From contig OZ287073.1 in NCBI GenBank assembly GCA_965645245.1, positions 1,488,001-1,552,000 on the forward strand: 64,000 bases of DNA, in the 5' to 3' direction. A program made the translations under genes and the position numbers. The notes beneath the pieces were generated by a model. The model had not been told where the DNA came from, did not search any database, and worked only from the letters and a program-made list of their open reading frames with translations. Origin of the DNA: Massalongia carnosa. Lineage: Eukaryota. Shown one piece after another: positions 48,002 through 62,250 of this stretch (its first letter is position 1; each line of letters opens with the position of its first letter).

Positions 48002-50230
48002 TGTTGTTAATTTCGTATATTGCAGCTATTCAAACTCGTTGCTGTGGTGCTGTTGATTTCAGCTAGTTTACTGATTGCAAGTCAGAATGTGGGATCGAAT
48101 AACTAAGTGGGGTAACGGATACCAGTAACTTATGTATCGGTATTGATACCTACCTTAACTTAAGGTCTGGTAAAATTTAATCTGAAACTGACAATTTGCC
48201 CGATGTTATGGTTCATCTGTTCATTTTCTTTTCTGTTTGTGAAGTATTTCATTGCATCTTTCGGCAAGAAAAGTAAAGTTATTGCCATACAAAATCCAAT
48301 CTAGCTGAAAATGCTACTAATTCGATGATATTGCTAACTGTTTGACTGCGTTGTGCTTGCGCTCAGCTAAAAGAAGGTGAACTGCACGTATCAAAATACT
48401 TGTTCTCAATTCTCCTGTGTACAGTATATTCAGAGTGTGAAGAGCTTCAAAGATGTTTGTAACTTAAGGCGCAATGGAAAGTCAAAGCACCAAATTGCAT
48501 CTAAACTCTTCCAATTGAGAAGCACGAAGGGAGGAGAACGATGTGACTCTACATATGAAAATATGTCCAAGCAAGATCCATATATATATAGGGCTTTTAT
48601 CCTCGCCGTTTTCAGATTTATTCGTTCCTCGTTCTTGACTCAAAGTCAGGCAACTACACAGCAGCCGGCGATTCTAAGGCAATGTTATCCTGCGCGGCTG
48701 TGCACTTGCTATTGCAAATGCACCTTAACCTAAAAAGCCAAAGAGTTAGGAAGCGTTCTATTAGATTCTGCCATTGAAAGAAGAAATAAAATAAGAGAGT
48801 CCTCTGACGTCGATGTTTGTCACCAGATCGCATTAATGGCCAGCAACACATCTTGATAATTTCCTTCTTGACACAAGAGGGGATCTCACCCTCCATTACT
48901 GTCATGGGTACAATCCGTGTCTTGGGGCAGACATCCGGCCATTGTACACTATTACTCCGAATGGTGGAAGACGTCAGCGGGGGGGGTTAAATGAAGGTGG
49001 CATCAGATACGAAGGAGACGCAGACAAAATACAAAAGATAAGCAGCCTTTAAATTCACCTGGCGTGCATACAGCGCCGATGAGACTGATATGGATGAGAA
49101 GAGAAGTCAGGAAGAGGGTGGGAGGGCGCATATTGATTATGAAATTTGAAGTTCAGTCGGGTTTTTGGCTGTAAGTATTGATTTGCCAAAAAGGAAATAA
49201 TCGAAAGACGATATACTGCGAGCCCTGTCTTCACTCTCAAATGCTAGATCAAGCAGAGAAATATTATACCGAGAATTTATGCTGTGCAACTCGCCTCTCT
49301 ATATCCATTCATCGTCGAAAAAAGCAAAACAACACCAGCTCAGAACTGGTTACGCGTGGACCCCACGATTATGGAGCACATATTCCATAATCGCTTAAGG
49401 ACTCAGCAAGAAATCTAGTGAGGTTACATCGATCATTTTAGCATAGACCTAGCATGTATTCAAGACATCAACGGCTGGCTTTCGACGGCAAAGTCATACG
49501 CTTCCAAAAATTTGATTCCAAATTGGGATATCTGATGAAGCCTTCGGCGAATCCACATCAAATCAGTATGAAAGCAGGCCTTAGTTTTTATCCTCAATTC
49601 CACAGCCCCCAAGCCTACATGATTCGCTCTCGCTCATTTCAATGTATAGATTATGCCAAGGAGGAAGAGACTTACCTCAGGGTAATTCGGAAAGGAGCAA
49701 AGGCTTGAACTTTTAACAAAGGCTATTCAGTAACTATATTTTTCGACTACCATGATACATCTAATGTTAGTGGTCATTCTTTATCTATCTCCCGCCCATG
49801 ATGACGTTGCATCCTATTCTCAATTGATCAATTCATTACAACAATTATCCCTACAAACCCATTCTCACCTCCTACATTTATTTCTGTCCCTTCTCTCGCT
49901 TTTCTCGGCTTTCTCGGCTTTCTTCCACTTTACCGTAATTTCTGCCGCCAGTAAATTACGATACGATGTTGAAGATCTAGTGATATGAGTAGGTGACATT
50001 ACAAATAAGTGGGAACAAAGAACGAGGAGCAATGCGTACGATCATGCGAGATTGAAAGATAGGAATTACAGAGAAACCCAACTTTGCCTTTTCCAGTTAT
50101 CCAAGCGAAAAACCGAGTTGCTGAATTTTTATTTTGGTCATTTATATGATTTTTAATTTAATTGAACGGCACGTATAATTCAAAGTCTATTTTTCAAAAA
50201 TCAATTGGCTTTCATCAACATGCCCCTATC

Positions 50231-51080
50231 CTACGTCAATGCTTTCCTAAACCCTTCTGCTAGTTCCACCAAGTACCGTGCTAGCTCGTCTGGCCGACTT
50301 AAAAACGGCGAATGGCCTGTATCAATATCTCGCATCGTCCACCGCACCCCGCTTTCTCCTAACATCTTATCTTGCAACTCTTGGGTTATACTTGCGTCCC
50401 GCAAGCAACGGACATATGCGCGACAACCCTCGTATGCAGCATCGGACCAAGCGCTAGGGGGACTAGGCGAGCCGAAGGGAATGACGGAATGGGGAAGGAG
50501 AGCCGCGATGGAGGTGAGAGTAAGCGTCGAGGGCACATCGGCGTAGAAAGCCGGCGTAGGATCGGTGATTGTTGAAAGATGTGTTTCTAACTTTGATTGG
50601 GAGCAGTAGCCACGGTAAGCCATATGTTTTACAGATGAAGTCGGAGAGCTTTCGACTTACGTCTACAACTACTGAATGATCGACCTGTCCGCCCATTTTA
50701 TCTATCAGCGACTGGCCCTCGCTTGTCACTACTGCAGCCAGGTACACAAGCCCAATGATCCCCCCTAAATGACTATCGAGACCTCGCTCCATCTTGCTTA
50801 GGCCTTTCGCAGCCGCACTACCTGGAACTCCACCGTATGAATGCATGACCAGCACTACATCTTCCCCTTGATCGAGCAGGGGCAGTAACAATTTCTCGCG
50901 TATGAAAGTGACATCAGTAACAAGGTCAGCGGATTGCGGCTTGGCAGGGTTAAGGCTGGGGAGTGGGAGAGAGAAAGTTGGATATCTGGCTTGATGAAGT
51001 CGGGAGTTTAGCTCGGAAAAGTGGGATGGTGAGTGCCATGCCCCGGGAATGAGCACAAAAGTAGGATTCGAGATGGGCAT
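50231..51080 (-). CDS. Alpha/beta-hydrolase (Abhydrolase_6, methylesterase-like)
   Basis: VLIPGAWH, MHSYGG nucleophile elbow, VYLAA, DTGHSPFLSRP; intron ~50660-50591. Confidence 0.92.
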
Positions 51081-52306
51081 ATTTTAGGGACCCGCGTTGA
51101 GAGTACTATTTGAAAAAGTAACAGGACAAAGCTCTTTGAGTTTGAAGTTAAAGAGAATCTAAAAGGTATGTATGCGTCAATCAGGTGAAGGTTGCGCTAA
51201 TGGCAAAGAAGCCGTCAAACATTATATAATATTGAAGTATATCAAAGTACCAAGTTACCTTCGTTCTGAGGAGTTTCAAAGAGTTAGGTTGCGCAGCGGG
51301 AGCCGGAAAGTGCTGTCTATCTACTCCCTCACCTTTCCCGTTCACATTGGCTCTCGGGAGGCCGTAGGCAACCGCACAAGCTTGTGAAGGTCCACATAGG
51401 AAAACCCGACGAAGGATTCTCCTGCAGCTATTCACTCCACTCATGTTTCTCTCTAATCCCAACTTCGTAGAGATGAACTACTAGTGTTGAATATCCAATT
51501 CCTACCAGCACAATGAACACCTATCAGTACAATGAACATAGCACCTACGGCTGCCCTAGATGGACAGATCATCTACGGAAACCGTAGATGCCGCATTAGG
51601 CTTAGTCCCAAGATAAGATAAGATCACCTCGCTTAGAAGGGGGTGACCAGTAATAGGAAAAGATTGCTGCCTAGCAACTCTAACATCACGGTCATACATA
51701 CCTTTATTATTACATAGCCATATAGCCATAGTCATATACCTATTTCAACAACTAGCGAAGACCCCTTTTAATGAGGGACCACACTAGCATATCCTCTCAA
51801 CTATGTCATTTCATTCGTAGTTGGTATTTTATCCCATTATTTAAAGCAGTAGAAAAGGGGGAAAAGTGAGATATGGCTGGAAAACATGGTTCTTGTAACT
51901 ATGGAGATGAATGGGAAGGACTCAAGCCTTGTCTGAAGTATATGGAGGAATTTGAGGAGGTTTCGATTGAATTTGACACGTGATTCAAATTAATCAGTTA
52001 AGCTACTTTGGGAGTTTTCACTTCACGTTTGTTGAACGGCCGTCTAACAAGATAAAGATGAGAGATGATTTCACATTTACCAAGCTAAGCAATTTCTGGG
52101 TTTCTATCGGTTTTCACTGAACTGCCCACTCGCGAACTTGAACCGGTTGGAAAATTGGAATGAACGTCATATTCAAACCTTCCGAAGAAACTAAACTACT
52201 TTAAGTAACTCGTCGTAAGCCTTTTCCAGCGCCTTCTCATATTGAGAGTCGACGTTAAAGACGTCCTTCAGATCCAGTTTCATTCCAGATCCAAAAACTC
52301 ACTGCA

Positions 52307-52974
52307 ATGGATGCTGTAACAGCCTATACATACAGCACCGCCGCCTGGTTTGGTGTTCAAGCTGTTCCTCTCCTCCTATTCCCCAAACTTATCACTGCCA
52401 TGCTCTCTGCCGAAGCCCGTCGACCTACTGGTACGTTAACGACTAGTAATGACACTCCCCGCATTATCTTGGAGGATTTAAGCAGCACAAACAGCTGACG
52501 AAATCTCATATTGCAGCTTTAGAGGATTACTTCTGCCGGTCTTTATCCCTTACACTCCTCACGCTAGGCCTTGTCACCCTTGTCCTTACCGGCTCCTTGC
52601 CGCTAACATCTTCCCTCCCTGAGAGTAAACTCCCCTTCCCATTCCCCTTATTCACCCAGGCTAACGTTAGGACCCACTGCCTAGCCTCTGCCTCACAATC
52701 CCATCCCCTCGCCCTTCCAATCCTAATTATTACCACAGCCTTTCACGCCGGGACCGCCTTCTATGCATACATGCAATACACAACGACTTCCCAGTTCGCG
52801 TTCGCGCTTAGCTGTACCGGTTCTGGCATGTTGGCTGCAATGGGGGTATGGTGTTTGCTTTTTGGTGGTAGTGCCGGGGGGACGAAGGAAAGAGTAAGCG
52901 GGTGGCCGTTTCGGAATGAAGAGGTGGAGAGGAGGAAGAGGGAGAAGAGGGAAAAGTGGGAGAAGAAATATTGA
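52307..52974 (+). CDS. Conserved fungal multi-pass membrane hypothetical protein
   Basis: Exons 52307-52430, 52517-52624, 52685-52974 join in frame; four hydrophobic segments; C-terminal SGWPFRN and basic tail. Confidence 0.82.
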
Positions 52975-53878
52975 GGGAATCTTCCATGGAGATTGTAAAA
53001 GATGATGAATAACTTATTCACTTGAAGAGGAGGGAACATGGTGGACCAGGCAAGAGAAAGCGACACTATTAAACGGAAGTGTGCGAGCAGTCGCGTTCGC
53101 CCCTGACTTTCAATATCAACCTATACACATTATCCCTACCACTTTCCCGAAAGCTAGCACCTCCAAACTGGTGCGCCCCAGCTCTGGAGACCACACCCGA
53201 GGATATATTGCCTTTGCTGGCTTTTACCTCACACCTCAAACTCATCCCCTCCTTCTGTCAAAGGATAAGGGGTAAGGATTTTTCTGTGGGTTTAAGGGAT
53301 TTCGTTGCAGTGTCAATGATGATCAGTAGGACGGCATATGCCTGCTTCTAAAAAGTTGAGAAGCTTGAGAATTTAGCCACTGGGGCCCAGCGAAAGGCAA
53401 GTTGGAAATGAAGGTTATGGCGGCTAAGCAGTATCTGCCAATAATGGTCTGAAAGAGACGAGCCCGGCGACGAGCTTTTTGTGCTCGTATCTCATGGTTG
53501 GAAGGGTTGAGAAAGAAGGAACCAGATGCTTCTGAGGCGCATTAGTTTCCCAAGGTCATCAGGAAAGCGGATGGGAGGTATGCCGTTGTGAGTTGGATAC
53601 TTTGGAGGATACCTATATTGTCTTCGTTTGCATATCATTGTATGCAATAACATGGTTTTTTTTTACTTCTAATGAGGCATACTTGATGACCGAGCCTGCG
53701 CTCAAGTTCGGAGTATGGATATTTAGTTATCTAACTAGGAACTAGTGCTACAAATGATTACAGAGTAGAGAGACTGCATACTGTAGTGACGATCACGTGA
53801 GAATCCATACCATATCACCTGGGTAAACACCAATAAACTAGCCACTTGCTACTTCAAAGAACCCTAGCCTCGGACAAG

Positions 53879-54943
53879 ATGAAAAGCCCCCCCCTAACCC
53901 AAACAAAACTTTCATCCTTCTTCCCCGCGCCCACACCCCGCCGCCCGCCCTCCCCGCCCATCATCCCACCCGCAAAACAAAGCGCCAGCTCCTCCTCCCC
54001 TCAACCCCCACCCCAAAAACCATACCTCTACCCCGAACGCCGCGCCCACCTCCCGCAGCCCTCATCGCCTCCCCTCCCAACAACCCGCAGTGCGCCTCTC
54101 GCTCTCATAGCCACAGAAACCAAGTCCCTCCTTCCCGCCCTCCTAGCCACAACCCCGCACGCGCCCCCGCACGGCCACCTGCACCACCTATCCAGCCTCC
54201 CCCCTCTCTCCCCCAGCGCTTGCCCCCTCCTGCCCCCAACCGCGATCCAAGTGCTAAACGCCGACACCCTAGACGTCGCTCTCGCCCTCGCCACCGCCTC
54301 CTCAACCACAACCACAACCACAACCACCACGACGTCCCCCTCTCCCCTTCCCCCTCAACCCCCCCCGCTCATCCTCAACATGGCCAACGCCCAACACGGC
54401 GGCGGCGGCTGGCTCCGCGGCGCGCTCGCCCAGGAAGAAACCCTCTGCTACCGCTCCAGCCTCTCCTTCACCCTAAAGCGGCGCTTCTACCCGCTGCCCG
54501 CCCTCAGCGCCATCTACAGCCCAACGGTGCTAGTGCTGCGCTCCTCCCTCGCGGCAGGCCACGGCCTGCTCGACCTCTCGCGCCCCGCCGCCCTCCCCGT
54601 CATCAGCGCCGTCAGCGTGGCCGCGGAGCGGAACCCGGACGTGGTCGGCGGGCTTTATCGCCGCCCCGCCGCCCGCGAACAGATGAAGGCGAAAATCCGC
54701 ATGGTGCTGCGCCTTGCAGCCAACAGGGGTCATCGCACGCTGGTGCTGGGCGCGCTGGGCTGCGGCGCGTTTGGGAATCCGACGGCCGAGGTGGCGCGGT
54801 GTTGGCGGGAGGTGTTCGCGGAAGGGGAGTTTGCCGGGGGGTGGTGGGAACGGGTCGTGTTTGCGGTCATGGGGGAAGGGGGGAGGGACGGAGACGGCAA
54901 TTTTGGCGTGTTCTGGAGGGGGTTGGGCGGGGTGGTGGTTTAA
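53879..54943 (+). CDS. Microbial-type PARG-like macrodomain protein (TIGR02452/DUF2263-like)
   Basis: LNMANA..GGGWLRGALAQEETLCYRSSL (GGG-x-QEE), IYSP.V, LVLGALGCGAFGNP, VVFAV, N..VF. Confidence 0.88.
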   Translation: MKSPPLTQTKLSSFFPAPTPRRPPSPPIIPPAKQSASSSSPQPPPQKPYLYPERRAHLPQPSSPPLPTTRSAPLALIATETKSLLPALLATTPHAPPHGHLHHLSSLPPLSPSACPLLPPTAIQVLNADTLDVALALATASSTTTTTTTTTTSPSPLPPQPPPLILNMANAQHGGGGWLRGALAQEETLCYRSSLSFTLKRRFYPLPALSAIYSPTVLVLRSSLAAGHGLLDLSRPAALPVISAVSVAAERNPDVVGGLYRRPAAREQMKAKIRMVLRLAANRGHRTLVLGALGCGAFGNPTAEVARCWREVFAEGEFAGGWWERVVFAVMGEGGRDGDGNFGVFWRGLGGVVV

Positions 54944-55483
54944 GGTTCTGGGAAGGTGAAGGGGGGTGGGGTTTCTTGCATGTATATCATTTTCGTCGTC
55001 GAAGATACCTAGCTAGGTACATACCTACATATATACCCCCAGCTAAGCAATCCTTTCATGCTTTTCTCCTTTCGTCCAGCTAGGACCATGTCGCAATATA
55101 AAACGAACCACTCGTCCCCCAACATAGTCAAGATCTATCAAGACCCAAGGCCTCCGACCAACTACCCGCTCTTTTCTATTTATGCTTCAGCGCAGTAGCG
55201 AGGAACGAAGCCACTCTGGTGAACGAACACGCTCAGTTTTATATCCTTTGTTTTACAATGAAGTGCACAACCAAGATGGTTAAAGAAGCGAACGGGAGAA
55301 TGTTTGAAGATGTGGATCGGCCGAAAGGATAATAGCAAACTCCTCTTTGTCAATGTCGAAAACACCACTTAAAACGCCGGAAATAAATAATATCCATTTT
55401 GTTCCCCCATGAATTTCCTTCATAAAAATACCCAAGCCCTCACTATCAGGTCCTCCTTAACGTTCCCTAGCGGCGCTATCAGA

Positions 55484-56757
55484 TCAAGTACCCTGCGGCT
55501 CCGGGTCTACTACCTCGGGCCCGGGAAGGCGATACCACGGCGGCTGCCCCTCCATCGGCAGCATGGGGTGGGGCAAATCGTCCTGGAGGTTGATGAAGTT
55601 ATCCATATTGACGCCGCGATCAACGGCATACGCCAACTCCGCCTCCATCACGTTTGCGAGCACCAGCTCTTTGGCCTGCCATTCCTCCTTTCGTTTCGCT
55701 TCTAGTGCCTCAAGCTCATCGCGCAACTCTGCCCCATCGTCTTCGGCCCAGTGCACCCGTCGGCGAAGCAACGCGAACAACTGGTCTGGGCGCATGGACA
55801 GCTCTTCCGAGGTGAATTGAACGTCGGGTGGGTATTCAAAGGGGACGGAAGAGGTTAATGGGATGTGGTCCAGATCAAGGGAGGCGCTGGTGCAAATTGT
55901 AGCATCATCGTCGATGGAGGTATTGCCACTGCCACCGCCGCGAGAATTGGAGTCAGGAGGAGGTTTTGAGTTGACGATAAGTTTTAGACGTTGAGGTTTA
56001 GAGGGGGCACTGGAATGATTGCGGGGGATAGGATCGGAGGGACGGAGGGCTTCTGTTTCGTGGACGGTCCGCATGTGTTTCGCGAGAGCATCGGACCGTG
56101 TGAATGAGCGATCGCATTCTGTCAAGAAAGTAGTTAGTATCAGGGTTCGAAATATTCGAGAGGTAAAGCTTGGACATAAGGCTTACCAGGCAAGGCACAG
56201 TAAAACGGCTTCTCTCGGGTGTGGCTACGCATATGAGCCTTGAGGGCATAGCCGCTAGCGTGATTCATGTTCAGTCTCGGACAACCTTCCCATTCACAGA
56301 CGTATTTCTTTTGTCGTGTTCCGATGTGATCATCATGGATATGTTGCACTAAAACATCCATGTTGAGCAAATCGCCAGCGGGGCAATTGAACCATTTGCA
56401 GATCGTGACTTGTTCTACAGAATCGTCGTCTGGCATTTGCGAGAGCTTCTCGCCTGGTGGGGATCCAGGCACATCCCCTAAAGTGTCGGACGATATGTCG
56501 CCAGGATCTTCCCTGGGATCATAATGTGAGAGAGGGGTGGATCGGTGAGAGAATGCGCCGGTTCTTTGCCGCTTTGCCGGAGGCATCAAAAGCGTATCGG
56601 CATGATCTGGAAGAGCATCTAAGCTTGGTTCTCTCTCTTCGGTTTTGACATCGTCGGCGAACTCGCTGGACGCATGAGACGAAAGCGGGGAGGCTGAGGG
56701 GGAGTCAGCCATGACCCAGGATTGTGATTGCGATTGAAGTTGTGAGTAAGTGCTCAT
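55484..56757 (-). CDS. C2H2 zinc-finger protein, INO80-complex Iec1-like
   Basis: CKW..C..LVQHIHDDH, CEWEGC..ALKAHMRSHTREKPFYC..PECDRSFTRSDALAKHMRTVH; C-terminal coiled coil W.AKELVL; intron 56186-56119; start may be 56713. Confidence 0.85.
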
Positions 56758-57897
56758 TGATAAGCCAAGTTCGTCGGTGACTGGAGGGAGTCAATATAAG
56801 AGAGACGTAGGGGGAGGAGAGGGGAGGAGAGACAGGAAGCTGGGGCGGGCTGAATAAAGAAGATGAGGAGGGAGAGGGAAATATAGGTTGGTTTGGGGTA
56901 GTGGACTTTCGGGGTTCAAGAGAAGAGAGTTATGCACTGACTAATGAGGTTAGACCGATAACCTAAGCGAAGACGGCCGCTAGTACAGAATACAGAGTAC
57001 CGAGTACAGAGTATGTACAGAGCCCTCCGAGGCCCTCGGGGAATTTTCTGCTTCTTTGCAGGAAATACTCTACAGTATTCTTTGCAAGTTTTCATGCTAC
57101 ACCAATGGCCACACACCTTAAATACGCTATAACTATCAGAGACAGAGAGTGAGAGTGAGAGAGAGAGACACAAGATTCGTCCCCCGATCGCTCCGCTATG
57201 CCCCCAACCTTTGAGGATGACGTCGAAGCCTACTATCAAGCCAAGGAAAGCTACATAGACTTGCTACTCGAATCTGCCGCGGCTGAACCGGTGACGACTG
57301 AAAAGCCGAAAGGCCATCCTATTGGAAGCGACAACAGGATTGGACATTGGTTTCCCTCGCCAAGAAGCCACGAGTACGCAGCTAAGGCTCGTTCGAGGAT
57401 CGATGTCGCTGCCATCATCGCTACATCAACGGCTCCGAGTGGTGAACCAGCGCCCGCACAGCCAAATGGCCAGTCCAAGCCCAAAGGAAAGAAATGAACA
57501 AGCCATGGTTTTGTGGCGCAAGAGAGGAGAGCCCAAAATTTTGGCATAAGACCGTTTAGATTAGGGACTGGAGGTAACTAAACGTCCGTCGAAATCGCAA
57601 TCGGCACTTGCTGTCTCCTACATTCCGTTTACTTGCTGTGAGCCTACCCATCCCGTGCCTACATCCTCAAGCTATTGGTATGATGAACAAGCTCAAGAAT
57701 TCTGCAATTCGGACGGTTTCGTCTGGATTTGAAGCCGAAGGTCGACACCTTGAAACCTACACTTGATCTGACACCAGGCGACTTGAATGAAATTCCTTTA
57801 GGCCAATATGATGTTTCAACCTCGCTAATGAGGCACCCTTATATAGTTTATACTTTTTCTGGTTCCTCGCAAAGAGCCCAATCTAATGACACAATAT

Positions 57898-59027
57898 TCA
57901 CCCGTTCATCAGAGCAGCCAAAGCACCTCCATACCTACCTCCAACAATCTTTATGCTCTTCAAGATCCGATTGATTTCCTCCAGATCTGTCTCATCCAAC
58001 CTTACCTCTTGCATATTTTCAACCACCTTCTTCTCCGTCACCGCACCAGGAATCGGAATGATCTCTGGCAATCCCTTCTTCCCGCTCAACTGCTTCACCC
58101 ACGCCAGCGCTAATTGAGCAGGTGAACATCCTTTTATCTCTGCCAACTTTTGCAACTCCTTCACTATCTCAAAGTTCTTCTCAAATACACCCGGCAGGAA
58201 CCGCGGCTGGGACCGCCTGAAATCGTCCTTAGGCAGGTCATTCAGCGACTTGATTTCCCCAGTTAAAAACCCTCTCCCAAGTGGCGAGTATGCTACCACT
58301 GGGATTCCCAGCTCCGCACACGTCGCTGCAATCCCATTCTCCAGAATATCCGTCGCCCACAACGACAGTTCGAGTTCCACACTACAGATGGGATGCACCT
58401 TGTGTGCACGGCGGATCGTCTCCGGCCCGACCTCGGATAGGGAAATGCCCCCCAGCTTGCCTGCCTTGACATAATCCGCTAGAGCCGCTATGGTCCTCTC
58501 AATCGGCGTGCTGGGATCCACGCGTGCGCACTCGAACATGTCGACCGACTTTTTCCCGTCCAGCGTTTTAAGTACGTTTTCGACACTCCTCCGTACCCCT
58601 TCCTCGCTGCCGTCAGGGTGCATCTTGGCGTTCATCCCGCCCTTGATGCTCAGCACCACCTTCTCCGCGTGCTCGGGGTACTTGCTGAAGTATTTCGCCA
58701 GGATGTGCAGGGAGTTGTAGGTGGGGGTGCCGTAGAAGTCGCCGCCGTTCCAGAAAGTGGCCCCCTTGTCGTAGGCCACTTTCATGGCCGCAAGAGCTTG
58801 TTCTTCGGTAATGGGCGTGGCGCGCCATGTAAGGCCTGTTGTCCTTGTAGTTAGCCGGGAAACTGGATGGGCGTTAAGGGGGTAAACTATGCCGAATATC
58901 TCATGGGCGTTTCCCCCAAGGAACTCGACGAGGGACATCTCAAACACAAGCAAGAGAAAACCACCACCAACCTACCCATAAGCCCATACCCCACCGTCCC
59001 GACCTCCTTCCCTAAGATTCGCACCAT
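57898..59027 (-). CDS. Aldo-keto reductase (pyridoxal reductase-like)
   Basis: GYGLMG|LTW, WNGGDFYG, LSIKG, FECARVD, ISLSEV, AYSPLGRGFL, IPIPG; exons 59027-58976 and 58835-57898. Confidence 0.93.
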
Positions 59028-59541
59028 GACGACCTCCGGTTTAGTTTTGACAAGTCGGGTACCTATTGAGGTATTCCCTCAATATAAACCGCGAAGTTGC
59101 TAGAAAAATATACGCTCCTGTTGCTCTGTTTTCAGGCGAAGGTTGCTAGATGGATAGATACCTAGGTCGGGAATGTGTAGAGGATTCGTATCGGACTGGG
59201 AGGATATTGTATGTGTTTTGTAGTTGATTCCCGCATCTCTGCACTTTTAGCTTCTCCTATATATACATACATACACATACCAAAAGGTATCTTAAAACTA
59301 AACCCACCCCATCTACCCATCTATCTATCTACAGGGTACTCTAATGTAAAATAGACCTAGCACGAAGGAAGAGGGGGGAGCCACGCAATCAAGGTACGAG
59401 TACATACTGTGGGTGTAAGCATGTAAACCCCGAGTTCCGGGTTTAGGGTATCTCCGTCCGTTTTTTGCTTTAGAGAGACGAAAGCTTACTTAGTTACCCA
59501 AAGGGGCCAAAGGGGACCCCAGTACGGAGTACTGTAACCAA

Positions 59542-59933
59542 CTTTGTAACCCCGTCGGGTATTACCCGGGTAATACCTAGGTAAATATCTGAATACGGGT
59601 ATCAATTTTCGAGTATCCGAGTTAATACCCGGGTATTTATATAAGTAAAATACATGAAAAATCTTTCATGAAATCTTCTAAATGATTCGAAATCTTTGAA
59701 AATTTCAAGATAAAAATTTATATTCTTCATTTAAAATACCGAAAGATTATACTATAACTGAAAGCTGATCGTTATAATCCAATTTTAATATTATGTAATC
59801 ACAAGATTACAAATTTAATTACTAAAAATTTGATATTTTTTGATATTTAGCTGTATTACTAAGGATAAAAATTACCCGAGTACTACCTAAGTATGCTGAT
59901 AAAATACCTGGGTACGGCGGGTTTATTACAGGG
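59542..59933. repeat. AT-rich decayed non-autonomous element with TACCCG/CGGGTA subterminal repeats
   Basis: Clustered TACCCG motifs at both ends, 20-bp palindrome at 59558-59577, very AT-rich core, loosely inverted termini; no TSD found. Confidence 0.4.
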
Positions 59934-60424
59934 CGCCGTTGCCTACGTAGTTATCTCCAGGAGGGGTAAGAGAAAGTTTTGGTTGGGGAGGGAGGGGTTG
60001 GTTACAAATCACGAATTAAATTAATACCTACTCTGGAACAAGGTACATAATGCGTTCAACAAAGATTGGAGAAATTGTTGGGGCAAATCTAAGCTAACTA
60101 GGCTATGGCTATGCATCGTAACAAGAACCCTGTCACTAACTATCTAAATCGCTTCTGTGTTGTTGTTTCTGGCAATCGTTGAGGGATGCCGGAAACGAGG
60201 GCTTGTCTCTTGTGGATAATGACCATCTAAAAGGGAGCTAGACCCGGCCTGGAGATCGTTTGTTGAGATGATTTCTGGCCCGGATAGCGGAAAATATGGG
60301 GAAAGCGCATGAACGTGGAAAGCGCCGTTGAAGGACATCATGCTTTTGTGGGTATCATCTTTGTCGTGACTCGTGTTGAATGGATGGACGCTCTGATGAA
60401 GGGGCTTTCGCCGCGAGGAAAAAG

Positions 60425-62057
<1,633 letters not shown>

Positions 62058-62250
62058 TTTCACAGATACTTTTGGGGAGATTTGTGAAGAGAGTAGAGAA
62101 CAACGAGTTGAATGGTTGATTGGACTTTATTCGGAGGTCTGTTACAATGCTTGGTGGAATTTTAGAACCTGAGACTGTAAAATAAGTCGCAGACAGAGAA
62201 AAGGCCGGCGCAAGGATTTGAGTGTGGAAGTCAATTCCCAGTTAGGATTA

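Noticed and set aside
54220..55083. 287-aa Arg/Pro-rich overlapping ORF
   Set aside because: Alternate frame of a very GC-rich gene where stops are rare
57198..57497. 99-aa ORF divergent from the Iec1-like gene
   Set aside because: Plausible ATG but no recognisable domain or other support; cannot be called from sequence alone
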